Source: Schmidtea nova (lineage: Eukaryota). Taken from it: a stretch of DNA of 64,000 nt. A model generated the notes under the pieces. That model did not search any database and had not been told where the DNA came from. It was given only the letters and a program-made list of their open reading frames with translations. Made by a program: the position numbers and the translations under genes. Where the stretch lies: contig CM097882.1 of NCBI GenBank assembly GCA_044892505.1, forward strand, positions 145,080,001 to 145,144,000, written 5' to 3'. Of the stretch, positions 37,895 to 50,627 are shown one piece after another (within the stretch, counting starts at the first letter, position 1; every line of letters begins with the position of its first letter).

Positions 37895-38115
37895 TTAAGC
37901 ATTCTATCGGTCGCCTTTGAACCTATTGTGTTGTTCAATTCTTCATATTTTCGACTTTTCGACACACACTGTTTGCGAACATCCCCCATTTGTTGCACTA
38001 CTAACATTACTCTGTAGCTGGCAACAAGATGGTTAACTAATGTTTTATGTGTTTAATTGTTGATGATGAGCCATAGCAACGTCAAGATCATATTGCTGGT
38101 CAGCAACCCACCAGA
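37895..38115 (+). ncRNA. 3' structured RNA module B
   Basis: CATTCTATCGGT...CCATTTGTTGC/GCAACAAGATGG stem with ACUACUAA bulge. Confidence 0.6.
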
Positions 38116-38224
38116 GACCTTGACAACCAATCAACAATTAGTGGAAATCGACACGGAAATTTTCTCTCTGATCAATAAACGGAAAGCCTCGAAAAACTCA
38201 TCGGTCAGGTACTTCAAGAGACAG

Positions 38225-38328
38225 TGAATAAGGTCCAGGCGTCGTAGACAGAAATGAACTTTCTCCAACCAATTAGCTGCTCAATTAGATGCGTTGAACA
38301 CGTTGTCGGATTTTGAATTACTGCCTTA
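38225..38328 (+). pseudogene. ORF2 C-terminal remnant
   Basis: IRSRRRRQK*TFSNQLAAQLDALNTLSDFELLP, matching the ORF2 tails of E4 and E7. Confidence 0.65.
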
Positions 38329-38464
38329 AGTCACCCCATTTTGATAAATTTAAACTTCATGTTTTAGTTAATAAACTGTTGTGTCTACTTTATGTCTTTG
38401 CAAAGCGTCGTCCAACATTGATTATCGTGCTAGGAAAGTGACTAAAGTTTAGAGACGGCATACA

Positions 38465-38683
38465 GCCGGACCTTCTATCGGTCTATGAACTCAAGTGGAT
38501 GTAAGTAGGGAGTAGTCACAAATTCTGCAGCACACCTGCCTGCTCGACTTACACCGATATGTATATTACCAACGCAGAAAAACTATGGATTTTCGCAGGT
38601 ACATAGTCGTGACAAATATATTATTGAGGTGTTCACCATCAACCCCTAGTAAAAGTCGAGTAAATACCAGACAAACACCAACA
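38465..38683 (+). ncRNA. 3' module A (degenerate) and element end CACCAACA
   Basis: GGACCTTCTATCGGT...GGGAGTAG...CACACCTGCC...ATTACCAAC, 217 nt from a CA terminus. Confidence 0.55.
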
Positions 38684-38731
38684 GATGATATAGGAATTTA
38701 AGAGTTGATAAATTGAAGAGGTCCTCTAAAG

Positions 38732-40410
38732 CAGAGCTCCGCAACCGGTGTGCCGCGGCACACTGGTGTGCCGCGAGGTGATGCTAGGTGTGCCGCGGCG
38801 CAATGCCTATCCGAGAAAAAAATATAGGGTTTATGACGGACACGTGCGTTATGCTTATATCTATGCTTATATGTCAAGCGATATTTTAAAAACATTAATT
38901 ACAAAATTGAAAATGACGGATAATTTTTCTCTTCAGATTGACGAATCAACCGATATTAAAAACCGAGCACAACTAATATGTATTGTACGTTTCGTTGACG
39001 AGGAGTCCATAAAAGATCATTATTTGTTTTGCAAAGAACTTCCAGAGCGGACTACCGGTGAGGAAATTTTTCAAGTAACTGATGAGTTCTTCAAAACCTA
39101 TGGTATTCAATGGAGCAATTGCATGAGTGTTTGCACGGATGGCGCTGCGGCAATGATGGGTTATAAAAAGGGGTTTGTCTCATGTGTGAAGCGACAAAAT
39201 CCGGCAATACAAATTACACATTGCTGCATACATCGAGAAGCTTTGATGGTTAAAAATTTACCTTCGGAACTATTGGCAACAATGAATGAATGCATCAGCA
39301 TTATAAATTTAATTAAATCAAAAGCCTTGAATTCGCGAATTTTTGGGATACTCTGCGCAGAAATGGGATCGGAATATCAATCCTTATTACTTCACACAGA
39401 AGTACGCTGGTTGTCCCGAGGTAAAGTTCTAGCACGACTATTTGAGCTTCGCGAAGAGGTTAGTGATTTTCTATTGAATCAAAATGTGCCCGAACTACAC
39501 AAGCTCCTACAAGATAATCGCTGGATGACCAAACTTGCCTATATGGCTGACATATTTGAACACCTGAATGAACTTAATAAAAAAATGCAAGGGCGAAATG
39601 AAAATTTGTTGACATGCTCCGACAAATTGAACGGATTCAAACAGAAACTTGATCTTTGGCAATCGGAGTTACAACAAGGATCACTAGAAATGTACCAAAG
39701 AACCAACCAGACGATTGGAAGGATTGCACAAGCAGGAAAAAACAAGCAGATCATATTGCGTTTGGCCGAACAACATTTAACATTGCTACAACAGAAATTT
39801 CACCAATACTTTCACATAATTAATACAGACCAATACGATTGGATTCGAAATCCTTTTTCATCGAATGCCGAAAATTCTACAGTAGCTCTTTCCCTTGAAA
39901 TTCGAGACGAAATTTTCGACTTGAGGAACGATGGGACGCTAAGAATAAAATTTTCCGACGTTTCATTGGATACGTTTTGGATTGCGGTTAAGGAAGAATA
40001 TCCTCGAATTTCCGAAAAGGCTATTGAAGTTCTGCTCCCATTTTCAACCACGTACATATGTGAAGAAAGTTTTTCAACTCTAGTTTTAATAAAAAATGAT
40101 AAGCGGTCGTGCTTGAAGGGCCTTGACCAAGAACTTCGAGTTGCTCTTTCAAATATTGAGCCCAATATAAAACTATTATGTTCCTTAAAACAAGCACAGG
40201 TATCCCATTAGTGATTGTTCATATTAGTTATAGTTATAAATAAAAAATAGTTGTTAACGGCGATAATAAATTTATCGAATAAAAAAAATACATTTTCTGC
40301 TTGTGCATTTCTTATCACGTAAATTTAAAAAAACTTTTGTTTGTGGTGTGCCGCGAAATTTTTTTAAGTCTTTAGGTGTGCCGCGGGTGAGAAAAGGTTG
40401 CGGAGCTCTG
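38732..40410 (+). mobile_element. hAT (Buster/Charlie-like) element, internally deleted
   Basis: Perfect 15-bp TIR CAGAGCTCCGCAACC; exact 8-bp TSD CTCTAAAG (NNNTANNN Buster-type target). Confidence 0.95.
38870..40211 (+). pseudogene. N-terminally truncated Buster-type transposase
   Basis: FSLQIDESTD, VCTDGAAAM, THCCIHREAL, EVRWLSRG, PFSTTYICEESFS; no BED/N-terminal region. Confidence 0.9.
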
Positions 40411-41124
40411 CTCTAAAGTGTTAGGCCAAAACTGCAAATTGTTTAAATGAAGCGGTAAAACAATAAGTAGAGTGCGCGCAAGATTCTAATTTAACCAAAA
40501 CATCAAGTAAAATCGAAGTAGTTAAGTGAAAACACACCTAAGTATTAAAGCGGGCAAAGCGCACTAACAAGTAGAGAACGCGCAAAGTTCTGATCTACAG
40601 GCCCATAAACCAAAACATCAAGTAGAACAAAAATTTGTTAAAAGAAGAACGTTTAAATAGCTATAATAGGCGGAAAACACATTGAATATGCTCCTGGAGA
40701 ACGCATTCACGTCATAAAACTTCAGTTGTGGAAATGTAGCATGTTTTTAGAAGGAAGATCATGATTTCAGATTGAAAATGTATAAAAATATAAAAGAAAT
40801 TGATTTTGATCAATAATGCAACAAATTAAATCAAATTAGAATAAACTTTAATTCAAAAGTAAAATTTTGAATTAAAAATAAATTATTTAGAGTTTTATGA
40901 AAATTTGATGTAAAAATATTAACTTAATTTTGAGGAAAATTGTTGGAATTAATTTCGACAAAATTAGAAACTCCTTCTAGAACAATTTGTTTTTATACAT
41001 CAATGAAGGTAACACACAGGGGGAGGTATATATACCGCCATCAAAATGGCAAGAGACAGAATTTGCAGAAATTTTTTTTGTTTTACTAAAGTTTTGTGAG
41101 ATTTATGACGAAAAATTTTGAAGA

Positions 41125-41391
41125 GAAACCGATTTTGATATTTTTCCGAAGAACTTAAAAGGAAAATCCGAATTCACAAAATACCTCAATCAGTGGAGAA
41201 TCATGATATTTCGAAAAAGAAAATCCGATTCGATTAACTATTTGGACTGAAATTAGAAGAAACCGATTTTGATATTTTTCTGAAGAACTTAAAAGGAAAA
41301 TCCGAACTCACAAAACACCTCAATCAGTGGAGAATCAAGATATTTCGAAAAAGAAAATCCGATTCGATTAACTATTTGGACCGAAATTAGA
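41125..41391. repeat. 134-bp tandem duplication
   Basis: Units start at 41125 and 41259 (GAAACCGATTTTGATATTTT...). Confidence 0.95.
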
Positions 41392-42699
41392 GTAAGCACA
41401 TTTTTATTATTTGGTGCGGGGTCATTGAAAAGTCATGCCCCTTCAATTACCCCGTACCCAGTAATATTTTATTTTGTCCTTTGAATTTTAGTGTATTGTT
41501 ATTATTTCATTATTAATTTTATATGAAAATATCAAACTTTATATGTTATATGATTCGTTTTTATCCTTATTTTATTTATTATTTAAATTTTACTTTACTG
41601 TCACAAATTCCCATATTTAATAACAACTCTATTTCATGCAATATTTATTGTATAATGATAAAAAATAATTTTCTTTTGCTTCCATATCCTCTAACATCTG
41701 TTCTGGCCTCGTGCCGTACGGATGGAAGTAGCCTGAGCGGATCGCTGGTTCGATTTGTAATCGATCAGCCCATTTTTCCGACTTTAGGTGATACGCCCAA
41801 ACATCCATGATCACTTCATCCCAACTGGGGAACAGTAGCTTGGCCAAGGGCAAGATTTTTAAATTAATGATCAGCAATTTATATTAATGTATTTTATCCG
41901 AATTATATTTTATACCATATAGTGTAATTAAAAACTGATACTGCATGTTGTGTATATGAAAGTTGGAAATTTTTATTTATTATTTGTATTTATTATTATT
42001 TTTATTTATTATTTGTATTGAGTATGGTACTGTGCATACCGGAACCCCCCCTTTACACTATTTAGGCGCNNNNNNNNNNNNNNNNNNNNNNNNNNNNNNN
42101 NNNNNNNNNNNNNNNNNNNNNNNNNNNNNNNNNNNNNNNNNNNNNNNNNNNNNNNNNNNNNNNNNNNNNNNNNNNNNNNNNNNNNNNNNNNNNNNNNNNN
42201 NNNNNNNNNNNNNNNNNNNNNNNNNNNNNNNNNNNNNNNNNNNNNNNNNNNNNNNNNNNNNNNNNNNNNNNNNNNTTTGAATTCATCAGCTTACTATATT
42301 AATAAACTATAGTAAGCTATGAAATCAGAAATTGAAAAATTGATTAAAAATGTTGGGCCCGCCAAATCACCTAAAATCACAATAATAGAACAAAAATATA
42401 AAATAATAAGGAAATAATAAACATAAAAATGACAATAAAAACAAATTAAAAATAAGAATAAAATGACAAATAATATTTGATAAGTTTCCAGCAAAAGGAA
42501 ATTTTGAAAATAAACCGGTAAATAACAGCAAAAGGGGGCAAGAAATAAGAAAAAATAGAATTAAATAAACTAATAGTACAAATAATTAATTAATTACTCG
42601 AAAAATCAGGACCACCCAGCGAGAAACCGGAAAAGGAAACAAAATAATGTTTAGGTTTAAATAAAATAATAAAAATACTTTGATGGACGGTCTGATCCT

Positions 42700-42736
42700 G
42701 ATTGGTCAATCCGACCAGCCGGATCAGTATAAATAC
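42700..42736 (+). promoter_or_regulatory. E7 CCAAT/TATA promoter
   Basis: GATTGGTCAAT...CAGTATAAATAC. Confidence 0.7.
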
Positions 42737-43847
42737 CGATCCGAAAATCACTAAGTTAGAATAATTTTTACTCGAAAGAGGTTTACTGAGAGAAATTTTA
42801 CTCAAAAGAATTTTACTCACAAGCATATATTTTACGTACAAGAATTTATTCACTTCGAAATTTCAAATCATTCAATACAGGATAAAGGTACGAAGGAATA
42901 AAGTTTTTATTTATTGTCATCTTTAAATGATTATTAATGTACCTATGATTTCACCATTTATTTAATTATAATTTTATGTTTAATTTTACTTCATTTGATT
43001 TTATCTTAATTTAACCATGCATATAGTTATACTTCCTAGGCTGCTCACGCGACGACGGAGTCCGAGTCGTCGTTGTGGGGCCTCACGGTCTCACATAGCG
43101 GTTCAACCTTTTTATTCTTTTTATTTTTTTTTGCGATTGTAATTTGAGAACTGTCAAAGATGCGAATTTATTAAGAACGATTTTCAGTTATTTTTCACAC
43201 TTAGTTATTTGATAAAAATTTTCATAGTGAATTGTAAAAAATTCGACGATTTTCTGACGATAATTAGAATGTCACCTATTCGGTTGCACAGAGGGCGTAG
43301 TGTGGGGCGCAGCGGAAAAGGCGGAAAGAGCTGCCAGAGGGTATGCAGCACCAAATGAAAGTCAGGTATCAGCCTCCAAAGTATTAAGATTATAAGGAAA
43401 AAATTTGAGACTCTGGAGCATAAGCGAGACGATACAAATTAGAGAAATATGCATTCAAATCGATCAAATTTACAATTTCATGAAGGGTCAAAGTACGACT
43501 CGATAATATCGACTTGGATAATGCAGACGAAATACGTCACAACATTCCTATTAAATAAATTATCTAAATTCTAAAAATACTCTTAGACCGATCGCCGTAC
43601 ATGGCGCGGAATTTCCTAATTTATAGTCCGATCGCTGTATATAGCGCGGAGAATTTTCATCAATTTTTATTCTTCCTGAACGCTTTATCTAGCGTAGGGC
43701 CACGTAACTATAAAGACGTAATCCAACCGTGGTATATCGCGGCGAAGACAAATCAATTTAATCATATTTTAAACCATTTTTTGTTGTCATACGCAGTATC
43801 AGTAAATCTTCCGACAAATTTTCTCGGTTAAATCATATTTTTCTAAA

Positions 43848-44348
43848 ATGTTTGACAAACTAATACAGATGTCGGCAGCCGATGTTATGGAAAGGTTGAC
43901 CCAAATTCGGAATTCGGAACAAGGGAGCACGGGAAGTGGAACGGCCTCCCAACTCAAGGAGCTGCCCGCACCGATATTGCGGACCATTAACGCCCAAGTA
44001 TACAAGTGGCGGCACGGGTTTGGTCGAAAATGCCCGTTATCCATATGGGCTGGAGGAAAAGATCGAGTATTCTACCGGGGAGGACCGAATTGGCCAATTT
44101 CACAAAAGTCTTATTCGAAGAAATTTGGGCGGATAGTCATTGTGATAAACGACGCAGAGGGACGACCGAGTCAAATAATCTATTGGGGACACATCCCTCG
44201 CCGAGAGTTATGCAAATTAGGACTGCAAGCGTTCCTGCCGCGGAAACCGTTTGGCAAGGAATGTCAGGATGGGCAACCCCCATTTTCTTGGGCTCGACTT
44301 CGACAGATGCCAATCAACCACGAACTACACAGCCTATTTCGGCGATAA
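43848..44348 (+). CDS. E7 ORF1, 166-aa protein of unknown function
   Basis: Open ATG ORF; KWRHGFG...YRGGPNWP...KFGRIVIVI...IIYWGHIP. Confidence 0.7.
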   Translation: MFDKLIQMSAADVMERLTQIRNSEQGSTGSGTASQLKELPAPILRTINAQVYKWRHGFGRKCPLSIWAGGKDRVFYRGGPNWPISQKSYSKKFGRIVIVINDAEGRPSQIIYWGHIPRRELCKLGLQAFLPRKPFGKECQDGQPPFSWARLRQMPINHELHSLFRR

Positions 44349-44528
44349 ACTATGTGACAATGATATTTCTAAATAAAAATCTTATTGTTTATCAGTGGTC
44401 TTTGTTTTTAAATTTTTGTGTTATTAAGTCTATCATGTTCTTGACATAATAATCATTCGCTCGTATTGTAATTATAAACATGTTTTAACCATAAAGCGAC
44501 AAAGCAGTTAATTTAAATCCATTACAGA

Positions 44529-45125
44529 ATGAATACAGATCTTGCACAAAGAGAGCTGGAAAAGATGTGGCGAATCTGGAGAGCCCAGGACAAGGAATTG
44601 GGTCTCCTCAAGGAACAACTATCCAAGGCCGAGGCGCAAGTCACCTATTTGCGCAAAAGCTGGTTCGCTCCTGCTCGGATGAAGGAGCAGATTGGTAAAA
44701 CCGAGCGTGCGCAGCGAACAGCGGAAGATTACAAAATGGAATAGGAAGCTACCAAAATCGAGCTTCGGAAATGCCTACATTCTGTGACAGCCTCCTATAT
44801 CGAACGGGAACTGCGGGATCAAATCCGACCGGTCACATATCAAGAATGGACGGCGGAAAAGAAGAGCGTAAACTCGATCGGCACGGACGTCGACGATCTC
44901 GTTGGAATTTGTAACGAGCCGGTTCCATCAATAAATCCAGCCACCCAAACTGCCAATGCTCACCAGAAACGTAAGCGCATAGGGCAGAAAAGGCGACGGC
45001 AAAGAAAGCTGTTCGCTCAACGATTGCAGAACCAAGTTGACGGCTTGCACAAATTGACAGAGGAGGAACTATTAGGAGAAATATTTCCCCCAGCCGAAGT
45101 TTTTACTGATTTAATTGAAAAATAA
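44529..45125 (+). pseudogene. E7 ORF2 with a single TAG (likely TGG) at 44742
   Basis: TTACAG|A-ATG; YLRKSWFAPARMKEQI; NSIGTDV; ATQT; KRRRQRK. Confidence 0.85.
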
Positions 45126-45357
45126 ATGAAATCTCGTATTAATTGTCATTTTTGTTGTTTACCTAAAATAGTTTAGTTAATAGAATAAACAATAATATCT
45201 CTGAAATAAAAAGAATTATAAAATTATAATACAAAATATATAAAAAAGGTAACTAAATAATTAAATGAGCACTATGTCAGAAAACTTCATGTAAAATGAG
45301 TGATGTCAAAGACAAATTTTCTAAAGTTTATCGTGGATTACAGAGCAGATGATTAGA

Positions 45358-45593
45358 GCGTAAGTCCTTCTAACGGCAGCAATGAACCCGTAAACATAAA
45401 TGGGGAGTAGTACTAGCGATAGTGCTCACCTGCCCATCATTGTTTAACCACCCTGCGCATCACCAACTTGATTATATAGGGAAATAGTCGAGGGCGCTTG
45501 AGTGTATAATTGCAATTTTATGTATGATCATGGATGAGGGATCCCTAGTCATTGTTAGAACATTTTTCATCTAACCCCTCCATGAACCCAGCA
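45358..45593 (+). ncRNA. 3' structured RNA module A (E7)
   Basis: GTAAGTCCTTCTAACGGC; GUACUA-GCGA-UAGUGC; CUUGAUUA/UAGUCGAG. Confidence 0.72.
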
Positions 45594-46396
45594 AAAATAA
45601 TAGAAGCTAACAACAATTTTTAACAAGATTTTGAAAACATAAAACTGAAGAACTAACAAAATAAAGATTTTTTCCACACTATTGAGAATATTGGATTTGT
45701 TTACCTAATATCAAAGGATAATTCAGCTGATCAATCAAGAAGAGCAAAATTATCAAATCAAAGGATAATTGTGTATATCGAATTTATTCCCCCCCGCCTA
45801 ATCTTGCTACAAACCCAATCCCTCCGGAAGTGAGCGATTACCAAATCTCACACACTCGAAGATTGTGTATATCGAATTGTATTCCCCCCGCCTAATCTTG
45901 CTACAAACCCAATCCCTCCGGAAGCGAGCGATTACCAAATTAACACCAACTAAAGTAACTTTTGTAAAGTTGAGTAGATTAAAAGTTTATTATTCTAACA
46001 GTTTTAATTGTTAATAATTATTTGATCTTATTATTTGTTTACTTATTTATTCTCACGCACTTGAACATTACAAAGCATACACCCCGAGTGTCCCCACAAT
46101 AATCGGGCTGACTCTCTCGGGCGCTTACATTTCTCCCTGTACATATTTATAACATCTGACTATAAAAAACTTTCGAGACAAGTAAATTAGCACATTAGAA
46201 CATTACAACTGGTGTCAGAAGTCAACACAACACACACACTCACCGTTTTTTTCAAGCGTTAACGCCTGCAGCATACCTATCATAGAGGTATAAGGATTAA
46301 CGTCACTTTTAGCCGAACACAGTAGGCTATATCCTTTAGTCAAGCTCATTTTTTTCACATAAAAAACAACATAACAAACAACAACAATACAATTAA

Positions 46397-49300
46397 ATGG
46401 CATCGAATCCAGTAAACCCAAACACTTCACAAACACCAATGGACAAAGAAAATGCACAATCCCAACACCAAAACAACAATTATTATTACAACCCCGAAAA
46501 CACACACACCATAAATTCGGTAATTAACCCGAAACCCAACTTACCAAACTACTTCACAGATGAAAATGGCACCCCACAAAAATGGCTGGAATTTGCCAAA
46601 TTGACACTAACCCTTTCAGGTATAAAATCCACAAAAACCCTATGCTCCAATATTATAGCCGCACTCCCCAGCAACAAACTAAATGAAATAGCGGATCAGA
46701 TCGAAGAAATTTCTAAGGATGACGACCCCTTTAACAAACTGTGTAACATCCTTACGAACAAAAATAAAATAAACTGGAGACAAATGCTAGAGTCATGCCT
46801 CAATAACACGCAACTAGGCGACAACAAACCAACAGATTTTCTCCGACAATTTAAGCAAAAATTGGAATACCTCCAACCCAACATTACAAATTCAGGCTCC
46901 AACGAATTGGCGAAAGAATTTTTCATGCGAGCAATGCCACCAGAAATCAGGAGGATTTTGGCAGCCAGCAACAACGCTGACGTTGAAACGCTTGCCGATA
47001 TAGCGGATAAAATCAACGAGGAAATTTATCCGACTATATGCAGCACCCAAAACCACAACAAAAACAAAGCGAACTATAATAACCCTTCATACAACAAAAA
47101 TAACGAACAAAACGACAACATGAACAAGCTATTAAACACACTAATCGGCAAATTCGACGAAATCATAGTCGAAAACAGACAGATAAAAACAGAACTAGCC
47201 GAAATAAAAGAACTTTGTAATAAACAAACCTTCAACTCAACACAATCATACGACAATTACAACAGATACAACTACAACAGAGACCTACCATCAGACGGTC
47301 AAAACAGACAATGCTACAATAAACCTCCAGAATAAAACAGACAAAACTACAGCCGCAGTCAATCACCAAACAACAATTACAGAAACCGGTCGAACTCCCC
47401 AAATCGAGGCAACAATTACCGAAACAGAAGCCCAGAAAGAGATCCAAGAAATAATTATATAAACAAAAACCTGTGCTATTTCCACAACAAATTCGGTGAA
47501 AAAGCATTTAAATGCACACAACCCTGCGAATTCAATAAAACAGAGCAGGGAAACCAATAAGGTCACCAATGATAGCACCCACATCAGGTGACAAAAACAA
47601 CACATTTTGGGTGCACAGCAATAACATAGATTTTTTAATAGACACCGGCTCGGTGATCTCACTACTGCCCCATTCTATGTATAAAAGTGCCAACAAAACA
47701 GAAAAACTATTAACAGCAGCTAACGGCACAAACATAAAAACTTTCGGGCAACAAAAAATAAATTTAAACATAAACAAAAAGAACATTCACAATAGCTGAG
47801 GTCCAACAAGCGATAATAGGAGCAGATTTCCTAACAAATTACAACCTCCTAGTGGATTGTAAAAACAAACAAATAATAGAAAATAATACTAATACTACAA
47901 CACCACAGCACGACACAAACAACGGAGGAAAACCAAAAATAGACATCGGTGTTATCCAAACGGGCCCACCTAACAATAAACAAAAACAAAAACTGAATCA
48001 CGACCCAGAAATAAATAAACTACTGGGAAAATTCGAAAAACTCACCGAACCAGTAACCTTTGACAAAAACACGGATCACTCCACCGAACACGCAATCATA
48101 ACAAACGGAAACCCAGTGCATGCAAAGGTGAGACAACTAGATCCACAAAAAACAAAAATTACGAACGAAATTTTCAAGGAGTTACTAGAAAACAAAATAG
48201 TAACTCACTCGAACTCTGATTGGTCTTCAGCACTCATGCTCAAACAAAAGGCAAACGGGGAATGGAGAGCTTGTGGCGACTACCGAATGCTCAACAAAAT
48301 CACTGAACCAGGCAACTACCCACTGCCTATCATCAGAGACATAATAAACAGATTAAAAGGAGCAAAACTCTTTTCGAAAATCGATCTACAGAAGGCTTAC
48401 CACCAAATACCCATCAGGAACGAGGACATTAAAAAAACAGCAATCGTAACACCAATTGGCATGTTCGAGTACAACAGAATGCCATTTGGTTTGCGAAACG
48501 CAGCTGCAACATTTCAACGATTTATGGACAAGACGCTGAAAAATAACCAGAACACAATAGCTTATTTGGACGACATCCTCATAGCAAGCCCAAACAAAAC
48601 TACTCACTTAAAAGACATTGAAAAGGTATTTGAAACGCTGAACTCCGCAAATCTCAAAATAAACATTCAAAAATGCGAATTTTTGAAAAAAGAGATTAAT
48701 TTTCTGGGACACACACTGGACGAAAAAGGCACGAAGCCAATAGACAAGAAAATAAGCACGATACAATAGTTCAAATTACCGAACACAAACAGAGAGTTAA
48801 GACGATTCTTAGGGATGGTAAACTTTTACCATGCGTACATCCCTAACTGCAGTGAACTGTTAGCTCCATTAAACGACCTGATCAAAACAAGAAGAAATAT
48901 TAAAATAAACTGGACCGAACAAACTACCAAACAGTTCGAAAAAGCAAAAACAAGCTTATCCCAAGCAACATTACTCGGATATCCAAATCCAGAACTAGAC
49001 TATAACCTAGCAACAGACTGCTCTGGATATGCAATGAGCGCAACCTTATATCAAGATAACGAATACGGCAAACAACCAATCGGGTTTTTCTCTAAAAAAC
49101 TAAAGACACATCAAACTCGCTACTCAACTTTTGACCGAGAATTACTCGCGATACATGAAGCCATCAAACACTTCCAACACTTACTGGAAGCAAGAAACTT
49201 CAAAATATATACGGACCACAAACCGTTAACAAACGCGATACAAATGAAAAACCCATCACCACGACAAATAAGACAATTAAATTATATATCACAATTTAAT

Positions 49301-50627
49301 TGCACAATCAATTATGTTGCTGGCGCCGCAAATATCGCAGCAGATACCCTGTCAAGAATAGAAACAGACATAAACGCACTTGAATTTGGCGAACTATTCG
49401 AAATCGAAAAAATTAAAAACAAACAATCAGAAACTTTAAAAGAACTTCCTCTAAAACACAGCCTGAAATTAGAAAAAATCAATGAACTTTGGTACGATGT
49501 CAGCAATGAAAACACACCAAGAATACTCTTACCAAAAGAGTTTAGGAAATTGTGTATTTCGAAAATACATGACATCAGCCATCCAGGGAACAAAGCCACC
49601 TTTGAAATAATCCACAACAGATACATATGGCCAAATATGAGAAAGGAAATCAAAGGTTTCGTAAAAACATGCAAAAAGTGCCAAATCAACAAAATATCAA
49701 AGAAACCAACAACACAAAAAGTAAACTTTCCAAGCAGTCAAACTTTCGAGATGATTCACATTGACATAGTAGGACCGTTACCACCAAACAACGGGTACAA
49801 CTACCTACTCACAATCATCGACAGGAAAACTAACTGGTTCGAAATTATCCCACTAAAAGAAATATCCGCTCAGAACATATGTAACAAGATTGAGCTAAAT
49901 TGGATAGCTCGCTACGTCAACCAAAAGTATTGATAACAGACCAAGGGAGAAGTTCGAATCAGAATTATTCAGTACTCTGTGCAATAAATACAACATAAAA
50001 AGAAACCGCACAACCGCTTACAACCCTCAAGCAAACGGAAAAATCGAGAGATTGCACAGAACACTAAAGGAAAGTATCCGAACTAAAGCAGACGACAGAA
50101 ATTGGCTAAGTCAACTCCCGACAATCTTACTGGGACTAAGGAACACGCCAAACTCAACCGACAACGAAAGCCCAGCATACAAAGTATTCGGCAGAGAATC
50201 GAATCTCCCAACAATTAAAAACAATACAACTGAAAATGCAGAAACCAACAAACAAGCAACCAACACAAACAACGAAAGAGTAGAAAAGAAATTAAAAGGA
50301 ATCCATAAAAAGAGAGCGAACTCTGAAATGGACGTAAAAGTAGTTCTAACAACAGACTACGTATTAATCAAAAAGCCCTTCACCAAAGGTTTCGAACCAA
50401 AATACGAAGGCCCTTTCAGATTGCTTGAAATTAACAAAAATGTTGCAACAATAATAAAAGACAACACCAAAATAAGAATCAATCTTAGAAGAATTAAACC
50501 ATACCACAACAACCAAAACACTCCAAACAACCCCACAAAAGAAAAAGCCCCGACACAAACAAAAACACAAACAAAACATAAACACATCACATTCAACTCC
50601 AAAAACTCGATAAAACTGTTCGACTAG
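46397..50627 (+). pseudogene. gag-pol with stops and frameshifts
   Basis: Gag CHCC motif CYFHNKFGEKAFKCTHPC (CsRn1 hallmark); LIDTGSVIS; YLDDILI; TDCS...DRELLA...TDHKPL; HHCC integrase with IHIDIVG...NGKIER. Confidence 0.93.

Larger units (their letters stand above)
42351..45593 (+). mobile_element. E7: ORF-bearing solo-LTR-like element (3243 bp)
   Basis: TGTTGGG...CCCAGCA with AAAA TSD; the empty site is visible in the sister LTR at ~51425-51435. Confidence 0.9.

Noticed and set aside
37396-38683. A discrete element defined by a GATG TSD
   Set aside because: A 4-mer plus TGTTG could match by chance within a few kb, and homology to the 59-61 kb copy extends left of 37396
42686-42693. GACGGTCT (SL nt 8-15) here and in motif C as an SL-derived site
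   Set aside because: Only 7-8 nt; it also occurs upstream of the CCAAT box in E4 and is more likely a promoter motif or chance
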